64,000 bases of DNA from Negaprion brevirostris (Eukaryota). This document shows positions 60,210 to 64,000 of this stretch, piece after piece (the first letter of the stretch is position 1; every line of letters begins with the position of its first letter). The DNA lies in assembly GCA_030324005.1 (NCBI GenBank), contig JARDVH010000025.1, positions 45,099,029 to 45,163,028 of the forward strand, given 5' to 3'. The position numbers and the translations under genes were made by a program. The notes under the pieces are model-generated. The model did no database searches, was not told the DNA's origin, and worked only from the letters and a program-made list of their open reading frames with translations.

Positions 60210-60375
60210 ATGAAACGATTGTTGAAAAAACCCATCTAGTTCACTACTGGCCTTTAAGGAAATCTGCCGTCCTTACCCGGTCTGGCCTACATCTTGACTC
60301 TCAACAGCCCTCCAAGGACAACTAGGGATGGGCAATAAATGTTGGCCAGCCAGTGGCGCCATGAAGGAATAAAAC
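60210..60375 (+). mobile_element. Partial tRNA-SINE, same family as 61441
   Basis: AAAACCCATCT.GTTCACTA, GGAAATCTGCCGTCCTTACC.GGTCTGG, TAGGGATGGGCAATAAATG. Confidence 0.75.
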
Positions 60376-60442
60376 AAAATTAAGAGATCGGAATGTGTAA
60401 AGGGCGGAACACAGGTGCAAACTGTCAAAATGTGTTGAACAG

Positions 60443-60597
60443 GCGGCTGGATAGAGCACTTGGGGGTGAATGGGATCAAAGGTTATGGGGAGAAAGCAGG
60501 ATCAGGCTATTGAGTTGACAATCAGCCATGATCATGGAGAATGGTGGGGTAGGCTTGAAGGGCTGAGTTGTCTCTTCCAGCTCCTGTCTTCTCTGTT
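60443..60597 (+). mobile_element. CR1 3' end
   Basis: Closely similar to 38698-38830 (CACTTGGGGTGAATGGGAT.AAAGGTTATGG..AAAGCAGGAT.AGGCTATTGAGTTG). Confidence 0.8.
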
Positions 60598-60858
60598 TGT
60601 GAAGTCAACATGAGGCATGGTGTAGAAAGGTGGGGCAGAGGAACAAGATGGAAAGCGAGATTCTTAAGAAGTGGACAAATGAAACGGTGGAAGAAATGAG
60701 AATGAAAAATAATAATAGTTGCATGAAATAATAAATTTAAATTAATGATAAAAAGAGATTCAGCTATTGTCCTGCACATGAGTTAGAGCCTCTCTGTTGG
60801 AGGGACAAAGACCGGAGGAAGGACTGGGGCCTATGAGATTGCAAAGGGCATTCCACTT

Positions 60859-60946
60859 GGGCAGTACAGTGGCACGGTGGTTAGCATCGCTGCCTCACAG
60901 TGCCCAGGTTCATTTCCGGCCTCGGGTCACTGTCTATATGGAGTCT
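60859..60946 (+). mobile_element. HE1-type SINE head only
   Basis: GGGCAGTACAGTGGCACGGTGGTTAGCATCGCTGCCTCACAG...TCACTGTCTATATGGAGTCT. Confidence 0.8.
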
Positions 60947-60967
60947 ACCCTCCAAAGGTCATCAAAG

Positions 60968-61279
60968 CATAGAATCACAGAACCCTACACTGCAGAGGAA
61001 GGCCATTTGGCCCATCGAGTCTGCACCAACCATAATCCCACCCAACTTCTATTCCCGTAACACCATTTACCCTAGCTAGTGTCCCTGACACTAAGGCCAA
61101 TCCACCCAACTGTACATCTTTTGGACTGTGGGAGGAAACCGGAGTACCCGGAGGAAACCCATGCAGACACGGGGAAAACATGCAGACTCCATATAGACAG
61201 TCACCCAAGACCAGAATTGAACCCGGGTCCCTGACACTGTGAAACAGCAGTGCTAATCACTGTGCCACCATGCTGTCCC
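60968..61279 (-). mobile_element. HE1-type V-SINE, full length
   Basis: A box, B box GGGTTCAATTC, V-domain GGGTTTCCTCCGGGTACTCCGGTTTCCTCCCACAGTCCAAA, tail. Confidence 0.9.
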
Positions 61280-61359
61280 GTGATGCCTGGCTAAAGTAAC
61301 TAAAGAAAAACAAAATCCGGTATATTAGACCACTTCTAGAGGATCAGAGAGGGTCAAAA

Positions 61360-61835
61360 TGAAAGCAAAATCTCCAGCTAATGAAAATCTGAAACAAAAA
61401 GAAACAGAGAGCTTTGGAGATACTCAGCAGGCCAGCAAAAGGGAATTGATGGCCTAGTGGTATTATCGTTAGATTATTAATCCAGAAACTCAGCTAAGGT
61501 TCTAGGGGACCCAGGTTCCAATCCTGCCACAGCAGATGGTGGAATTTGAATTCAATAAAAAAAATCAGGAATTAAGAACCTACTGGTGATCATTGTTGAT
61601 TGTGGGGAAAACCCATCCAGTTTACTAATGTTCTTTAGAAAAGGAAATTTGCCATCCTTACCTGGTCTGGTCTTCATTTGACCCCAGAGCCACAGCAATG
61701 TGGTTGACTCTCAACTGCCCTCCAAAGACTTCTAGGGATGGGCAATAAATGCCGGCCAGCCAGCAACACCCATGCCCCATGAATGAATTTGAAAAACAAG
61801 CAGCATCTGGGGGAAGAGAAACCGGGTGAATGGGT
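61360..61835 (-). mobile_element. Penelope-derived repeat split by a SINE insertion
   Basis: The 5' part AATCTGAAACAAAAA..GGAGATACTCAGCAGGCCAG (61360-61436) continues as GCAGCATCTGGGGGAAGAGAAAC (61800-61823), matching the uninterrupted copy at 21937. Confidence 0.6.
61441..61795 (+). mobile_element. tRNA-derived SINE sharing its 3' tail with the second LINE family
   Basis: A box TGGCCTAGTGG, B box GGTTCCAATCC; tail TAGGGATGGGCAATAAATGCCGGCC..CCCATG..ATGAAT matches the LINE end at 10960-11020. Confidence 0.8.
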
Positions 61836-61949
61836 TGAATTTGCCCTGGTGCTGGGATTATATTTGGGTTGTGTGACTCCAGCAATCTTTTAATCTGTAA
61901 CCACAGATTTTGGGAGGAGGGAGTGGTTGGTGTTGGATAATTGGTAGGG

Positions 61950-63700
61950 ATGGGGACGATGAGCAGGGAGCTGGGGAGGAACCCTTTTGAAAGGGAAGAA
62001 TGCACCTTCATATGAGCTGCTCACAGCAGAATGGGTGGAGTACAAGCCAGGTGATGGCTGGAATCTGAGGAAGGGCAGTTCCATGGTTCAGTGATGCCTC
62101 CCCAGGGACTGCTCCTACAGGCAGTGGAGGCAAGGAGAGAGGGGTTATTCCCGCAGAGCCGCAGGAAGAGGCTAATTAGCCTCACAAAGAAGGCCTGGTG
62201 ACTAAACAAATGAGAAACCACAGCGTTATGGTGTGAACATGGGTACAGCGTCAGAAGCATTTTAGTGGCCTATTGAGAGCTGCAAGATGGTGGGCTTGCA
62301 GATAGGGTATGGCAGCCTTGGCACATACAGCAATGTAGATGCCCCATTCACAAGGACTGAACAGGGACCAATGTGTGATTCAAAACTGAGAGTATTCAGA
62401 GAGAAAACATGAGAACTTAACACAGTGCAAGAATGGATGAACATATGCAGTAGCTGCAGTGATGGCCTTAAAAGTGATTGAGTCTTATGAGCAACACACA
62501 GGCAGAAAGGTTGTGTTACAATCTTTGTGTTGTTATAAAAGTGAAATCATAATGCAGGTAAGTGGAGACAGAGGGGTGGTGGACTGCCATTTCTTGTTGT
62601 GATAATGCAGGTGGAGGAGGTGACAATGGAGATTAGTAGGGTAGCAACAGGTCAGACTGCCACAGAAGGCAAACTGGCTATGGAGCCCAGAGAGTAAGAG
62701 ATGCAATGGAGCAGACATGAATCCTTTCCATTTGCCATTTTTGTGTTGTTTCTGTGACCAGTGATATCAGTTAAAGCTCATGATCATATACACCCAGGAA
62801 AAAAGCTAATTGGGCTGTTGTTAATCACTTTCTTTCCTCCCCCGCAGGGCCAGTGGTTGCAATGATGCAGCAGAGGGCATCAATTCCAATAGCTACCTCA
62901 CAATCAAAGTTCCTATCTCAGGACACACCCTCACATCAGTCCAATGCACCCTCCACCAGCATATAGACTTCTACTTTAGTAGGGGCATGAATAGTAGCTA
63001 GAACAGCAGGTGAGTACAGCACATATGTGAAGGAGCAGATGGTGGAGGCAGTGACAGCTGTGGCCAGTCCCCTTTGGGAGGAATGAGGACAGGCCCAGCA
63101 ATGATCGGCTCATACTGCTGCTGGACCTTGGAGGCGATAGCGAGGTGGGGGTGTACAGAACAGTAGAGGAGATGTGTTAACATCGGCCAGAGTTCCCAGA
63201 TACTGTTCAGTGCCACGTGTGCACAATGGAGGAGTCCATCAATGTCGTGAGTGATGCCATAACTCTCCCTGACTCTTAAGTGCTTGTCTTCCTCTATTGG
63301 GAGTGGTGACAGCAGACCACTGAGTGGATGAAGGAGACATGAGCTTGCCACAGTATGACAACAACCTTGAGTAACATTGAACACCATTTGGTGTGATAGC
63401 TCCAAGATACATGGACCCATTGCAAGATGGCGTGTGACTTCTGGCAAGTATGGGAGAGCAAGTGGACCCTGAAAGGGTCAAGAAATAGATGGCTGAAGGG
63501 GCTGGGTAGCTTTGATGGCATTTCCTTGGCCCATCTGTCCACAACATGAATGCTGCTTCCTGCAATGATGACAGGGGTTTCCACTGCACTGGTGCAGATG
63601 GTGCAGCCAGAGTCAGGCCCTTCATGGTTTGTACAGGCTACAGCCTTCTGGTATGGACAGCAAATGTGCCAGAGTAGCAAGGCCAAGAGGCTGCTCTCAC
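61950..63700 (+). mobile_element. Decayed PIF/Harbinger transposon remnant (Myb/SANT-like gene)
   Basis: 62108-62198 translates LLLQAVEARREGLFPQSRRKRLISLTKKAW, typical of Harbinger Myb/SANT-like (NAIF1/MSANTD-type) proteins; acceptor-like site at 62830-62848; extent uncertain. Confidence 0.55.
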
Positions 63701-64000
63701 ATCATCTCCAGCAGCAGAGGGGGCACAATGCAGAAGCAGTCAGAAGCAAAAATAATAAATACATCTAGTTGAATAATGTCTATCATGAATTTGAGCATCT
63801 AGACAAAGGCCTCACCTTACGTTAACATGTTGTTTGACCGTTATTCCCCCTATCAGTCTGTTACCTTTAAAGACATGGAGATGGAGCTCATGAAAGGGAT
63901 GCCAATGACTAAAAGGCTGGGATGGATGATGAACCAAGAATAGGCATCTCATGAGGTCCATGACATTGTGATGGCATGGCAGTACTTACTACCAGGCATC

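Noticed and set aside
1-64000. A novel multi-gene biological system
   Set aside because: Only one intact gene is present; all other coding-like sequence is decayed transposon. Any novelty would be non-coding and cannot be shown from sequence alone.

Overview
Vertebrate genomic DNA, almost certainly a shark/elasmobranch given the HE1-type V-SINEs and CR1/HER1-type LINEs, with many N-gaps. The only intact protein-coding gene is an intronless class III POU gene on the minus strand (18650-19789), best matching POU3F2/Brn2. It lies in a TE-poor, CpG-retaining stretch (~5.2-23 kb); further stretches of this kind occur at ~40.6-43 kb and ~46.7-59.8 kb and contain candidate conserved enhancers. Between them is a nested TE cluster (~23-40 kb): a decayed Gypsy LTR retrotransposon with the Gmr1-type order gag-PR-INT-RT-RH, flanked by a degenerate (GAGTCT)n array and interrupted by LINEs, SINEs and a Penelope-type fragment. 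A near full-length decayed CR1 (43-46.7 kb), several Penelope-derived repeats with hammerhead-like cores and a Harbinger Myb/SANT remnant (62-63.7 kb) are also present. I found no convincing new multi-gene system. All family assignments come from motif recognition by eye rather than database searches, and repeat boundaries are approximate.
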